From the IMG/VR virus record IMGVR_UViG_3300028571_000887: a stretch of DNA of 64,000 nt, one strand, 5' to 3'. The notes below the pieces were generated by a model. The model had not been told where the DNA came from and did not search any database. It saw only the letters and a list, made by a program, of their open reading frames with translations. Origin of the DNA: an uncultured virus (IMG/VR IMGVR_UViG_3300028571_000887) (lineage: Duplodnaviria; Heunggongvirae; Uroviricota; Caudoviricetes). Of this stretch, positions 45,056 through 55,018 are shown piece after piece; position 1 is the first letter of the stretch, and each line of letters begins with the position of its first letter. A program made the position numbers and the translations under genes.

Positions 45056-45915
45056 AGTACGAAATAGAAAGCGACTACATCGTATACTGCCCCTATCATA
45101 ATAACTATAGAACTCCAGCAGCAGAAGTTTCAAAAACTACAGGACAGTTTTACTGCTTTGGCTGCCAAGAATCAAAGAGTCTAACAGAATTAGTCATGTA
45201 TTCATCTAAAAGAACATTCTTTGAGTCCACGAGAATGATTCATTCAAAAGCTAGTATAAAGAATATTGTTTCAGACATAGATGAACTACTTGGGAAAAAG
45301 GAACAAGACTTTGTTGAGTTTGATAAAGACTTAATTATTACTCTCAATTCTGCTGCCCTGAATTCTTCAAGGGCTGCCACCTATCTAAAGGGGCGAGGAA
45401 TAAAAAAGGAAAGCGTAGAAAGATTCTTATTGGGATACTCAGAAAAACAAGACATGGTAACTGTTCCAATTACTGCTCCAGATGGAAGGTATATTGGATT
45501 TGTTGCTAGATCAATTGAGGGTAAAGATTTTAAAAATAGCATAGGTTTATTAAAAAGTAAGACAATGTTTAATCTTTCCTCTTCAAAAAGATATGATAAA
45601 GTTTTTGTTGTTGAGTCATCATTTGACGCTATTCGGTTAGAGCAGGTTGGAGTACATGCTATAGCCACCCTGGGAGCCACGGTAAGCAAGCATCAGAAGG
45701 AGTTGCTTAAAAGATACTTTAGGAGTATAATACTATTGTCAGATAATGATGAGGCTGGGCGAGGGATGAGAGAAAAGTTAAAGGTTTATCTTAACAGTTC
45801 ACTTATAACTGCTGATCTCCCTGAAGATGTTAAAGATGTTTCAGATATGGATGATCAAAGACTATCAGAGTTTGTTTCAAAGTTTGATGACGAACTAAGC
45901 TACATATTACAGTAG
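44962..45915 (+). CDS. dnaG: DNA primase (CHC2 zinc finger + TOPRIM)
   Basis: CPYH..CFGC, YLKGRGI, VVESSFDA, DNDEAG, KDVSD. Confidence 0.92.
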   Translation: MRIRGRQEQDGSSYYSEEQTRRVLETCGINIEYEIESDYIVYCPYHNNYRTPAAEVSKTTGQFYCFGCQESKSLTELVMYSSKRTFFESTRMIHSKASIKNIVSDIDELLGKKEQDFVEFDKDLIITLNSAALNSSRAATYLKGRGIKKESVERFLLGYSEKQDMVTVPITAPDGRYIGFVARSIEGKDFKNSIGLLKSKTMFNLSSSKRYDKVFVVESSFDAIRLEQVGVHAIATLGATVSKHQKELLKRYFRSIILLSDNDEAGRGMREKLKVYLNSSLITADLPEDVKDVSDMDDQRLSEFVSKFDDELSYILQ

Positions 45916-45940
45916 CAATTACATATAAGGAGATATAAGA

Positions 45941-46588
45941 ATGACAATAATTAGAGGGTTAAAAGATATCAACGATGCAATGAAGCCAAAGGCTCAGGCA
46001 TCTGGACCACGGGTTCGCTGGCTTAAGCTAGAGGACGGTCAAAGCATGAAGATTAGGTTCATGAATGAGATAGACGAGGATTCTGCACACTATAATGAAA
46101 AGAATGGCTTGGCTATCGTTGTCAAAGAACACACCAATCCAAAGGATTACAAGCGTAAGGCCGTTGACACAATGGAGTCAGAGGGCCGCGACTGGGCCGA
46201 AGAGATGCATAGAAAAGATCCAAAGGCTGGATGGGCTGGGCGCTTAAGGTTCTACATTAACGTACTTGTTGATGATGGAGTTGAAGAGCCATATGCGGCA
46301 GTATGGAGTATGGGTGTTGCAAAGTCTGCCACCTTTAGCACAATTCGAGAATATGCCATGGAGTCTAATGGCATCACCAATATGGTTTGGAAGCTAAAGA
46401 GAAGTGGCAAGGGTACTGAAACCAATTATATTTTAATTCCTGGGTCACCCGACACGGAAGAGTTTGATTGGTCAGAATACCAAGCATTTCCATTGGAGGG
46501 TGCGGTTCGTAACGTTCCCTATGCAGAACAAGAAGCGTTCTACCTTGGGTTTGATAACCCAACCACGTCAGCAACAGTTGACTGGTAG
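45941..46588 (+). CDS. Phage single-stranded DNA-binding protein (gp32-like)
   Basis: WLKLEDGQSMKIRF, RFYINVLV, LKRSGKGTETNY, acidic/aromatic C-terminus; lies between primase and polymerase. Confidence 0.65.
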   Translation: MTIIRGLKDINDAMKPKAQASGPRVRWLKLEDGQSMKIRFMNEIDEDSAHYNEKNGLAIVVKEHTNPKDYKRKAVDTMESEGRDWAEEMHRKDPKAGWAGRLRFYINVLVDDGVEEPYAAVWSMGVAKSATFSTIREYAMESNGITNMVWKLKRSGKGTETNYILIPGSPDTEEFDWSEYQAFPLEGAVRNVPYAEQEAFYLGFDNPTTSATVDW

Positions 46589-46593
46589 ATGAC

Positions 46594-49500
46594 TTGAACT
46601 ACGTCCCACTTCACGTTCACACCGACATGGGCTCCCTCATGGACGGGGTAGCCACTCCAGAAGAGTATGCGGCAAGAGCGGCCCAATTAGGTATGCCAGC
46701 AATTGGTATAACCGATCACGGTTCTCTTTCTGCACACAGGAGAATGTATCGTGCTGCAAAAGAAATGGGTATTAAGCCCATCCTTGGCATAGAAGCATAC
46801 ATTGCTAGAGATAGGTTTGACAAAAGAGACAAGTCTGAAAGGGCAGATCCTCTAGACCTCATATATAATCATATTGTTATTCTTGCAAAAGATTCCAAGG
46901 GGTTGCAGAATCTAAATCGGTTGAATGAGATTGGGTGGACAGAGGGGTACTATAAGAAACCACGCATAGACTTTGAGGTTCTTGATAAGTATGGCGAAGG
47001 TCTTATAGTTTCTTCTGCTTGTATGTCTGGTCTGCTTAACAAGGCAATAGAAGCAGACGAATACGCTGTTGCTAAAGAGCGCATTGGTTGGTTTAAAAAT
47101 AGGTTTGGTGATGACTTTTATGTAGAGCTAATGCCACATAATGTCGCTGGGATGAATACCGAACTCCACCTCTTGGCCAAGGCAATGGGAGTTAAATGCA
47201 TAACCACTCCAGACTGCCATCACTGTACTGCTGATCAGAAGGTTACTCAAGAGTTAATGCTTTTGCTTAGCACACACGGTAAGGTATTAAAGGGTTCAAC
47301 ATATGATGAATCCTTAAAGTATAAAGACATGATGCAAAGACTTGACTATCTATATGGAGAAGATAGAAGAATGTCTTTTAGAAGTTTTGATATTCACCTT
47401 CTTTCTTATGATGAAATGAAGGGAGCAATGGATAGCGAAGGAATACTAGACGACAGTATCTATTCCAATACACTAGAAATTGCTGATAAGGTTGAGGATT
47501 ACAAAATTAAAAGCAATCTTAATCTTTTGCCAATAAAGGTAGAAAATCCACAAAAAGAACTTGAGATTCTTGTCTCAAAGGGAATGAAGTTGCGTGGAGT
47601 AGACACCAATGAAATATATTTAGAAAGAGCAGCAGAAGAGCTATCCATCATTAAAGAAAAGAACTTTGCCCCATATTTCTTAGTGGTTAATAACATGGTT
47701 TCGTGGGCCAAGTCGCAGGGAATCATAGTTGGTCCAGGCCGTGGATCTGCTGCTGGATCTTTAGTTTGTTTTGCCCTTGGAATTACTGAGCCAGATCCAA
47801 TAAAATATAATTTGTTGTTCTCTAGGTTTATTGACTACGGGCGGGACGATGTTCCAGATATAGATGTTGACATACAAGACAACAGAAGAGATGAGATTAA
47901 GTCTTACCTTGAAAGAGAATATAAGAATGTTGCATCAATTGCTACCTTCTTACAATTTCGTGGGAAGGGAATTGTCAGGGACGTTTCTAGAATATTCAAT
48001 GTACCGCTGTCAGATGTTAATAAGGCGCTAAAGAATATAGATACATGGGAAGACTATTGCCATTCTTCAAACGTTGCATGGTTTAGAGATAAGTATCCAG
48101 AGGTTAGAGAGTATGGGGAGAGTTTAAGGGGAAGAATTCGGGGGACGGGTATCCATGCCGCTGGCGTTGTAACTTCCAAGGAACCGATATTTAAGTATGC
48201 TCCAATGGAAACCAGAAACAACCCAGCAACCTCAGAAAGAATTCCAGTAGTTGCGGTTGACATGGATGAGGCTGCAGAAATTGGTCTAATCAAGATTGAT
48301 GCCCTTGGTCTAAAGACATTGACCGTCATTGACGATGCCCTAAAGTCTATAAAGCAAAGGCATGGTATTGATATTGACTTGAGCAGCCTTGAGTTTAAGG
48401 ACAAAGACATTTATCAAATGCTTTCAGATGGTCATACCAAAGGAGTGTTCCAGTGCGAGGCTGGCCCCTACACAAATCTTCTAATAAAGATGGGGGTTAG
48501 CAACTTTGATGAGTTGGTTGCGTCTAACGCATTGGTAAGACCCGGTGCCATGAATACTATTGGTAAAGAATATGTTGCAAGAAAAAGTGGTAGAAATATT
48601 GTAGAATATATCCACCCAGTAATGAAACCCTATCTAGAAGATACGTATGGCCAAGTGCTATATCAAGAGCAGGTGATGCAAGCCTGCATTACCCTTGGTG
48701 GAATGACAATGGCAGAAGCAAACAAAGTCAGAAAGATTATTGGAAAGAAGAAGGATGCAAAAGAGTTTGATGAGTTTAAAGATAAGTTTGTTAGCAATGC
48801 CACAACCTATATGAGTCCATTCATGGCTCAAGCACTTTGGCATGACTTTGAAGCCCATGCTGGATATTCTTTTAACAAGAGCCATGCGGTTGCTTATTCC
48901 ATGCTTTCATATTGGACGGCATGGTTAAAGTTTTATTATCCTACAGAGTTTATGTATTCTATCTTAAAAAATGAGAAAGAAAAAGATGCAAGAACAGAAT
49001 ATCTAATTGAGGCTAAGCGGATGGGTATTTCTCTTAAGCTTCCACATGTTAACGAATCAGATATAGATTTTAAAATTGAAGGCAAGGGAATTAGATTTGG
49101 ATTGTCTTCTGTAAAGTGGATTTCAGATAATGTGGCGGGAAAGATCATAAGTAGCAGGCCGTTCACATCCTATGCTAATGTCATGGATGTTGCTTCAAAG
49201 AAGGGTAGTGGAATAAACTCCAGAGCGACACAGGCTCTTGATGCTATTGGAGCACTAACCTTTAGTGACCACCCAAGAAATGAAGACTCTGTTAGAGATA
49301 GCTTGTACGAGTACCTTAATCTACCAGAATTTAATATGACAGTTCCTGTTCACTATTACGCATATGTGGACAACAATGAGGATTTTGATGAGGCTGGTTG
49401 CCAGATTCTAATGGGAATGGCAAAGAAGGTAAAGAGAGGTACGGGCTGGTCAAGGGTAGACTTCTTAGATAAGACTGGTAGCATTGGTATATTTGACAAT

Positions 49501-49869
49501 GAAGAAAGTAAAATAGAGCAGGGTAAGACATACCTTATACTAGCCTCTTCTAATAGAATTGCAGAAGCGGTACCGATTGATGAGGTTAAAGAAAGCAAGT
49601 CCTCATTAGTAAGGTTCTTAAACTATAAAACTCTTCCATATGGTCAAGATGAATATTATGTTTTATCATTTACCCCAAGAATGACAAAGGCTGGAAAAAG
49701 AATGGGATATTTGACAATAGCAGATTACGATAGGAATCTTACTTCTGTTGTTGTTTTCCCAACCATGTTTGCAGAGGCGTATATGAAGTGTGAGCCTGGG
49801 GCTGTTAGAAAACTTACGATGAGCGAAATGAAAGACGGAACAATAACACTAAAGGAGATAAGCAAATGA
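46594..49869 (+). CDS. dnaE: DNA polymerase III alpha subunit (family C)
   Basis: PHP HVHT and TDHG, GPGRGSAAGSLV, PDIDVD, HAAGVV, KIDALGL, YSFNKSHA. Confidence 0.96.
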   Translation: MNYVPLHVHTDMGSLMDGVATPEEYAARAAQLGMPAIGITDHGSLSAHRRMYRAAKEMGIKPILGIEAYIARDRFDKRDKSERADPLDLIYNHIVILAKDSKGLQNLNRLNEIGWTEGYYKKPRIDFEVLDKYGEGLIVSSACMSGLLNKAIEADEYAVAKERIGWFKNRFGDDFYVELMPHNVAGMNTELHLLAKAMGVKCITTPDCHHCTADQKVTQELMLLLSTHGKVLKGSTYDESLKYKDMMQRLDYLYGEDRRMSFRSFDIHLLSYDEMKGAMDSEGILDDSIYSNTLEIADKVEDYKIKSNLNLLPIKVENPQKELEILVSKGMKLRGVDTNEIYLERAAEELSIIKEKNFAPYFLVVNNMVSWAKSQGIIVGPGRGSAAGSLVCFALGITEPDPIKYNLLFSRFIDYGRDDVPDIDVDIQDNRRDEIKSYLEREYKNVASIATFLQFRGKGIVRDVSRIFNVPLSDVNKALKNIDTWEDYCHSSNVAWFRDKYPEVREYGESLRGRIRGTGIHAAGVVTSKEPIFKYAPMETRNNPATSERIPVVAVDMDEAAEIGLIKIDALGLKTLTVIDDALKSIKQRHGIDIDLSSLEFKDKDIYQMLSDGHTKGVFQCEAGPYTNLLIKMGVSNFDELVASNALVRPGAMNTIGKEYVARKSGRNIVEYIHPVMKPYLEDTYGQVLYQEQVMQACITLGGMTMAEANKVRKIIGKKKDAKEFDEFKDKFVSNATTYMSPFMAQALWHDFEAHAGYSFNKSHAVAYSMLSYWTAWLKFYYPTEFMYSILKNEKEKDARTEYLIEAKRMGISLKLPHVNESDIDFKIEGKGIRFGLSSVKWISDNVAGKIISSRPFTSYANVMDVASKKGSGINSRATQALDAIGALTFSDHPRNEDSVRDSLYEYLNLPEFNMTVPVHYYAYVDNNEDFDEAGCQILMGMAKKVKRGTGWSRVDFLDKTGSIGIFDNEESKIEQGKTYLILASSNRIAEAVPIDEVKESKSSLVRFLNYKTLPYGQDEYYVLSFTPRMTKAGKRMGYLTIADYDRNLTSVVVFPTMFAEAYMKCEPGAVRKLTMSEMKDGTITLKEISK

Positions 49870-50192
49870 CATACGATTTAGATGAGGTAGCTTTTCAGAT
49901 TCATAGTAATGCGGTTGACAAAGGGTTTTGGGAGGCTAACAACGGTCTTATTTTTTATATGAAACAGGTTGCAATGATTCATTCAGAGGCTACAGAGGTA
50001 TTAGAAGCAATGAGAAAGAATCAGGGCGGGGACGTAGTTGTGATTGAGCTTGCAGATATTATAATCAGAACTTTAGATCTTTGGGCCGGACTTGTTCGTG
50101 ATGGATATACAAATAAATCAATTAAAAATGCAATCATAGAAAAAGTAGAATATAATTCAGGAAGAGAAAGAATGCACGGGGTGTTGGCATAA
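49866..50192 (+). CDS. MazG-like NTP pyrophosphohydrolase
   Basis: IHSEATEVLEAMRK, ELADIIIRTLD, KVEYNSGRERMHG. Confidence 0.8.
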   Translation: MTYDLDEVAFQIHSNAVDKGFWEANNGLIFYMKQVAMIHSEATEVLEAMRKNQGGDVVVIELADIIIRTLDLWAGLVRDGYTNKSIKNAIIEKVEYNSGRERMHGVLA

Positions 50193-51205
50193 TGCCAGAC
50201 GCCGTTGATATAGAATCAATACTTTCTAGATTAGATCCAAGATTAAGAAAGGCAGTAACTCTTTCTTCAAACATTTTAACACCAGACATGATACCTACAC
50301 CAAGCTATTCCCTAAATAGGGCTTTAAATGGAGGGTTGCTTTTAGGTAGGCAGGTTCTTCTTTGGGGCTCCAAGAGTTCTGCTAAGTCATCTCTATGCCT
50401 ACAGACCATTGGCATGGCTCAAAAACAAGGATATACATGTGCTTGGATTGATGCAGAAATGTCTTACGACGAGAAGTGGGCGTCTAAACTTGGGGTGGAC
50501 AACTCTAGGCTAATTTATTCAGAGGCAAGAACAATAAACAATATGGTTGATGTTGGAACTGGACTAATGGGGGCTGGTGTGGACATTATTGTTGTTGATT
50601 CCATATCTGCCCTTCTTCCTGCAATTTACTTTGAGAAAGACAGTACAGAACTTAAGCAATTAGAAAACACCAAGCAGATTGGTGCAGAGGCAAGAGACAT
50701 GACCAATGCCGTAAAGATGCTTAACTACGCAAACAATCAAGTGAAGCCAACGCTTTTAATCCTTATCTCTCAAGCCAGAAATAATATAAGTGCTATGTAT
50801 GTTTCTCATCAACCAACTGGGGGTATGGCTACTAAATTTTACTCTTCAACAATAATAAAACTATTCTCTTCTGAGTCAGACAATCAAGCAATAAAAGGAA
50901 AGATCTCTGTTGGAGATAGGTTAATTGAAGAGAAGATTGGTAGAGTGGTTAGATGGGATCTTCAATTCTCTAAAACTTCCCCAGGTTTCCAGGGAGGGGA
51001 GTATGACTTTTATTTCCGTGGAGACAGCATAGGGATAGATAGGATTGCTGACCTATTCAATTTAGCTGAGAGCCTTGGGTTTGTTGAAAAAGCTGGAGCA
51101 TGGTTTACTTTCTTTGAGGAAAGATTTCAAGGAAGAGCAAAGGCTATAGATTTCCTTAAAGAGAATCCAAAGAAGGTTGAGGAACTAATTGAGCTTTGTA
51201 GGTAA
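50192..51205 (+). CDS. recA: RecA-family recombinase
   Basis: TPSYSLNRALNGG, Walker A variant GSKSSAKS, WIDAE, IVVDSI, TGG, KAGAWF. Confidence 0.9.
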   Translation: MPDAVDIESILSRLDPRLRKAVTLSSNILTPDMIPTPSYSLNRALNGGLLLGRQVLLWGSKSSAKSSLCLQTIGMAQKQGYTCAWIDAEMSYDEKWASKLGVDNSRLIYSEARTINNMVDVGTGLMGAGVDIIVVDSISALLPAIYFEKDSTELKQLENTKQIGAEARDMTNAVKMLNYANNQVKPTLLILISQARNNISAMYVSHQPTGGMATKFYSSTIIKLFSSESDNQAIKGKISVGDRLIEEKIGRVVRWDLQFSKTSPGFQGGEYDFYFRGDSIGIDRIADLFNLAESLGFVEKAGAWFTFFEERFQGRAKAIDFLKENPKKVEELIELCR

Positions 51206-51359
51206 GTACGAGGTTATTAACGGTAAATTTGTTTGTCAATCATGTAGTAGGGAAATTAGATCATCAAGATTCTACCCTTCTACTCTAGACATGACTTGGT
51301 TGTGCAAGTCTTGCAACAACGTCTCGTCCGTTAACATCGGAAAGGCAAGGGGATATTAA
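51189..51359 (+). CDS. Small zinc-ribbon protein (56 aa; below the ORF-track cutoff)
   Basis: GAGG then TTG; MSFVGKYEVINGKFVCQSC...WLCKSCNNVSSVNIGKARGY*. Confidence 0.6.
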   Translation: MSFVGKYEVINGKFVCQSCSREIRSSRFYPSTLDMTWLCKSCNNVSSVNIGKARGY

Positions 51360-51399
51360 TGAAAGAACAAATTATAAAATGGATAAAGGTTGGAGGGTC

Positions 51400-51720
51400 G
51401 TGGACTATAACAGACTAGAGAAGTCAGAGTCAAAAAAAATAGGTGCCAAGCCTCATAAAAATTCTGGTAGAGGGAAGATACAAAAAGGAGATGCCAGCCT
51501 TGATAGATATGTAGTTGATTTTAAATTTGTCTCTAAATCATTTTCTATTAATCGTGACATTTGGGCAAAGATATGTACAGATACTTTAAAAACAGATCCA
51601 GAAAAATCACCAGTAATCATGTTAGTTCTTGGAGATGAAACCCACAGAAAGATAAGACTTGCTATAATAGAGTGGAATGAATTTGAAGATCTACGAGAGA
51701 TAAGAGACGCTAATGAGTGA
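51400..51720 (+). CDS. Small PD-(D/E)xK nuclease (Holliday junction resolvase-like)
   Basis: EKSESKK, NSGRG..KGDA, VVDFK, SFSI; GGAGG before GTG 51400. Confidence 0.65.
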   Translation: MDYNRLEKSESKKIGAKPHKNSGRGKIQKGDASLDRYVVDFKFVSKSFSINRDIWAKICTDTLKTDPEKSPVIMLVLGDETHRKIRLAIIEWNEFEDLREIRDANE

Positions 51721-52018
51721 GAACAATACCTTGGAACAGGTAAACGGACTGTACGAGATAGCTGAGTATATGCAAGATGAAGAGTTAAAAGTTGCACTTG
51801 AGTTTATTGCAAAGATTATCTTAAAGCCAGACATCCCGCTGGCGGTTGCCACGGTAGAGTTGGTTAGGCTACAGGCTATTGCAGCAAAGCTAAGCCTAAG
51901 GGCTACTTGGATGGCCAATGTCGATAAAACAGATAGAGCAAAAAAGAATATATATTACACCGCAGCGGCAGAGATAGACAAGCTCTGCTCGTCCCTGAAG
52001 TACCTAGTGAAGGCGTAG
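51713..52018 (+). CDS. Hypothetical helical protein
   Basis: 101 aa, overlapping the upstream stop. Confidence 0.6.
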   Translation: MSENNTLEQVNGLYEIAEYMQDEELKVALEFIAKIILKPDIPLAVATVELVRLQAIAAKLSLRATWMANVDKTDRAKKNIYYTAAAEIDKLCSSLKYLVKA

Positions 52019-52021
52019 GAT

Positions 52022-52885
52022 ATGACGAAGAGTATTGTTTCAAAAGTTATAAAACGAAAGATCGTTGATGTTGATTTTGAAGAGAACGGTCCACCCTTAT
52101 TTAGTTCTTTGCCGTGGCAGGAAGAAGAGGAAACAGTTGGGCAAGACGATAACAACCCCCTTTCTGGGCTAGTAGAGGCCATTGAGGAAGGGTATCGAAT
52201 AGACAACGTTCCAAAGCACATAAAGAAGAAAACCTTTGCTCCATCAAGCCTAGTTTGGAATCATGGAGTATGCCCTAGGTATTGGTACCTAGCGTTTGAA
52301 GGTAACTCTTTCTATGAATACAAATCTGGAAAGATGATAACAAACATGGATAGCGGAACTGATCGCCATGCTAGAATTCAAAAGGCACTCCAAGACTCTG
52401 GTGTCTTAATCGACAATGAAAGAAAGACTACTCTTGATAGCCCACCAATTTTGGGGTACGTAGATAGTTTTATAAATTGGAAAGACACAGAGTATGTAGT
52501 AGAAATAAAGACATGCAATCAAGACGCCTATGACCGACATAGAAAGAGCAAGAAGGCTAGTTCTTATCACATAGTTCAGCTTCTAATTTATATGAAGATA
52601 TATAAAAAGAAGAACGGCATACTCTTGTATGAAAATAAAAATACCCATGACCTACTTGCTATTCCTGTCAACATAAACAAGGGTCATGTTGAGTTTGTTG
52701 AATACCTATTTGATTGGATGAAAGAAGTTTACAAGTCTTGGGAAGATAAAGCTCTTCCGATGGTACCATTTAGGAGTAATGACATTAAGATTTGCCAGGC
52801 CTGCCCGTTGCAAGAAGCGTGCAAGTCATCACCAGAGGGAGATGTAAAAATAGCACGGAGAAAGGATGAGAAGGGGTTTTTCTAA
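52022..52885 (+). CDS. Cas4-like/RecB-family exonuclease
   Basis: APSSL..CPRYW, GTDRH, GYVD, VEIKT, QLLIY, C-terminal CQACPLQEAC (Fe-S ligands). Confidence 0.85.
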   Translation: MTKSIVSKVIKRKIVDVDFEENGPPLFSSLPWQEEEETVGQDDNNPLSGLVEAIEEGYRIDNVPKHIKKKTFAPSSLVWNHGVCPRYWYLAFEGNSFYEYKSGKMITNMDSGTDRHARIQKALQDSGVLIDNERKTTLDSPPILGYVDSFINWKDTEYVVEIKTCNQDAYDRHRKSKKASSYHIVQLLIYMKIYKKKNGILLYENKNTHDLLAIPVNINKGHVEFVEYLFDWMKEVYKSWEDKALPMVPFRSNDIKICQACPLQEACKSSPEGDVKIARRKDEKGFF

Positions 52886-53176
52886 ATGCTATTTTGTACA
52901 TGGTGTGATAAGGAATTTATTCCCAATTCTAATAAACAAATTTATTGCGGAGCAGAGTGTCGTCAAGTTGCCAGCAGGGAAAAAATTTTAGAAAGATATC
53001 ATATTGAAAAAAGAAAAAAGAGAGTTGGCAATAGAAAAAAATGCGCTGGTGGATGTGGCACTGTGTTGAGTATCTATAACGATTTTTCCATGTGTGAGAA
53101 TTGCCTAGGAAATCAAAAAAAGATTGCGGGATTTATGAAAGAAATAAAGGATTTCTTTGACTATGAACAAAACTAG
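52886..53176 (+). CDS. Cys-rich zinc-binding protein
   Basis: CTWC..YCGAEC..CAGGC..CENC. Confidence 0.7.
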   Translation: MLFCTWCDKEFIPNSNKQIYCGAECRQVASREKILERYHIEKRKKRVGNRKKCAGGCGTVLSIYNDFSMCENCLGNQKKIAGFMKEIKDFFDYEQN

Positions 53177-53753
53177 AGAAATATTTAACATCTCCAAGCC
53201 AGCCACCGTGCTATGCGTAGATGCATCTACTAACTCTCTAGCATTTTCTCTCTTTGAGAATGGAAGGTTGATTAAGTATGGAAAGATTAGGTTTAATGGC
53301 TCAGATTCTATCTATAAAGCAGGGGACGCAGGGAAAAAGTGCCTATCGTTTTTTAAAAATATTTCAGCAGATGCTCTGGTCCTTGAGAGTGTCATCTATA
53401 GTACGTCGCCAAAGACAACGGTAAACTTAGCTCTAGTTCAGGGTGCCATCCTTTCTGTTGCACAGATCACTGGAATTCCTATTGTAAAAACAGTGTCCCC
53501 AATGTCATGGCAAAGCCATATATCAAATAGACTTTTGACAGCAGAAGAGAAGAATTCTATAGAAAAAAATAATCCAGGCAAGTCAGCTTCCTGGTATAAA
53601 ACAAAACAAAGAGAAACTAGAAAGAATAAAACAATTGAAATGGTAAATAAAAAATACAAGATCAAGGTTTCAGATGACGACGTTGCTGACGCAATAGGAA
53701 TTGGTTGGTATGTATCTGACAGATGGAATGCGATATTCAATGGGCAAGAATGA
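53163..53753 (+). CDS. RuvC-like Holliday junction resolvase
   Basis: VLCVDAS, LVLES, LALVQGAI, SPMSWQ, DDVADAIGIG. Confidence 0.85.
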   Translation: MNKTREIFNISKPATVLCVDASTNSLAFSLFENGRLIKYGKIRFNGSDSIYKAGDAGKKCLSFFKNISADALVLESVIYSTSPKTTVNLALVQGAILSVAQITGIPIVKTVSPMSWQSHISNRLLTAEEKNSIEKNNPGKSASWYKTKQRETRKNKTIEMVNKKYKIKVSDDDVADAIGIGWYVSDRWNAIFNGQE

Positions 53754-53907
53754 GTTCTACAAGAACAAAGCTTTTTTGCATAAAAGATATGTCCAAGATA
53801 AGAAAACTCCAGATGAGATTGCAGAAGAGTGTGGATGCACCGTTCAAACGGTATATGTTTATTTAAATAAATTTGGACTAAGAATGGGAAGGAAGGGAAG
53901 AAGATGA
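53740..53907 (+). CDS. Small HTH DNA-binding protein
   Basis: KTPDEIAEECGCTVQTVYVYLNKFGL. Confidence 0.7.
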   Translation: MGKNEFYKNKAFLHKRYVQDKKTPDEIAEECGCTVQTVYVYLNKFGLRMGRKGRR

Positions 53908-54263
53908 TTCAAGATGAAAAATGGATAAACACAATGAGTAGCCTGATATCGCTAAGCAAAGAAGCCCCCGCTGGCCCAGAGATACTTTTGGAATGCTTAA
54001 ATATTGCAACACTATTATTAGAAAAGAATATTGCCTACGGTAATTCCGCTTTGAATCCTATACAAATTTTTGCAAAGATTCCAGCAGGAGATCAGTTGGA
54101 TGTTAGGATCGATGACAAGCTTAATAGGATTAAGAATGGTTCTGTTTATGCTGGAGACAACGATATGCTTGATTTGGTTGGGTACATTGTGCTAAAATTG
54201 GTAAGTCAACAAGGTCAATCGATTGGGAGGCAAGATGAAGACACGAAAGAATATTACGATTAA
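53904..54263 (+). CDS. DUF1599-like (nucleotide-modification-associated, all-alpha) protein
   Basis: KNIAYGNS, VRIDDKLNRI, DLVGYIVL. Confidence 0.65.
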   Translation: MIQDEKWINTMSSLISLSKEAPAGPEILLECLNIATLLLEKNIAYGNSALNPIQIFAKIPAGDQLDVRIDDKLNRIKNGSVYAGDNDMLDLVGYIVLKLVSQQGQSIGRQDEDTKEYYD

Positions 54264-54531
54264 TGATCCTTTTATTAGGGAAGATTCTTTTGTAACTGAT
54301 GAGGGCCGAACTGTAAATAAAGGTGACCTAATTAAAATAAAAGGTATATGGGGAACAAAGTTTAAGTTCTTAAACTACGTAACAAATCCTCATAGTGGTA
54401 TGTCTTGGATAGATTGTTTAGAGTTGGAAAAAGGAATGGGATGTGGCGTTAGGTCTTTCTATCCTGAGCGTGTAAAGCGTATACCATCCAAGAGAGGGAA
54501 ACGTGTCAAAAGACTTAGTGAAGCACCTTGA
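54235..54531 (+). CDS. Hypothetical SH3-like protein
   Basis: GGAGG RBS; KGDLIKIKG...RSFYPERV. Confidence 0.55.
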   Translation: MKTRKNITINDPFIREDSFVTDEGRTVNKGDLIKIKGIWGTKFKFLNYVTNPHSGMSWIDCLELEKGMGCGVRSFYPERVKRIPSKRGKRVKRLSEAP

Positions 54532-55018
54532 TCAAATAAATGCCGTAGCTTCAGAGTATCTAAAAGGAACAGACACCGCTGACATTGCAAAGACTTTGGA
54601 TATTCCACGCAACCGTGTTGTGGACCTGCTAAATGACTGGCGAAAGATGGCTGCAAACAATGAAGCCATACATGCAAGAGCCAGGGAAGCACTGGTTGGG
54701 GCAGACCAGCACTACTCATCTTTAATTAATAAGGCATATGAGGTAATTGATTCAGCAGATAGTACCGCAAACCTTAACGCAAAGACGACGGCAATTAAAC
54801 TAATTGCAGACATTGAAGCAAAGAGGCTTGACATGTTGCACCGTGCTGGCTTGCTGGACAATAAAGAAATTGCTGAAGAGCTTGCAGAGATGGAAAGAAA
54901 ACATGAAGTTCTTATTGATATTCTAAAAGAAGTTGCTTCAAAGTATCCAAACATTCGTACAGAAATAATGAACAGGCTATCCCAGGTAACGTCTGGAGTT
55001 GGACTAATTGACACTTGA
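54503..55018 (+). CDS. Terminase small subunit (putative)
   Basis: N-terminal HTH (TADIAKTLDIPRNRV), helical body, directly upstream of TerL. Confidence 0.65.
   Translation: MSKDLVKHLDQINAVASEYLKGTDTADIAKTLDIPRNRVVDLLNDWRKMAANNEAIHARAREALVGADQHYSSLINKAYEVIDSADSTANLNAKTTAIKLIADIEAKRLDMLHRAGLLDNKEIAEELAEMERKHEVLIDILKEVASKYPNIRTEIMNRLSQVTSGVGLIDT

Noticed and set aside
52022..52885. Cas4-like gene as evidence of a CRISPR-Cas system
   Set aside because: No cas1/cas2 or array; solo Cas4-like nucleases are common in phage recombination modules.
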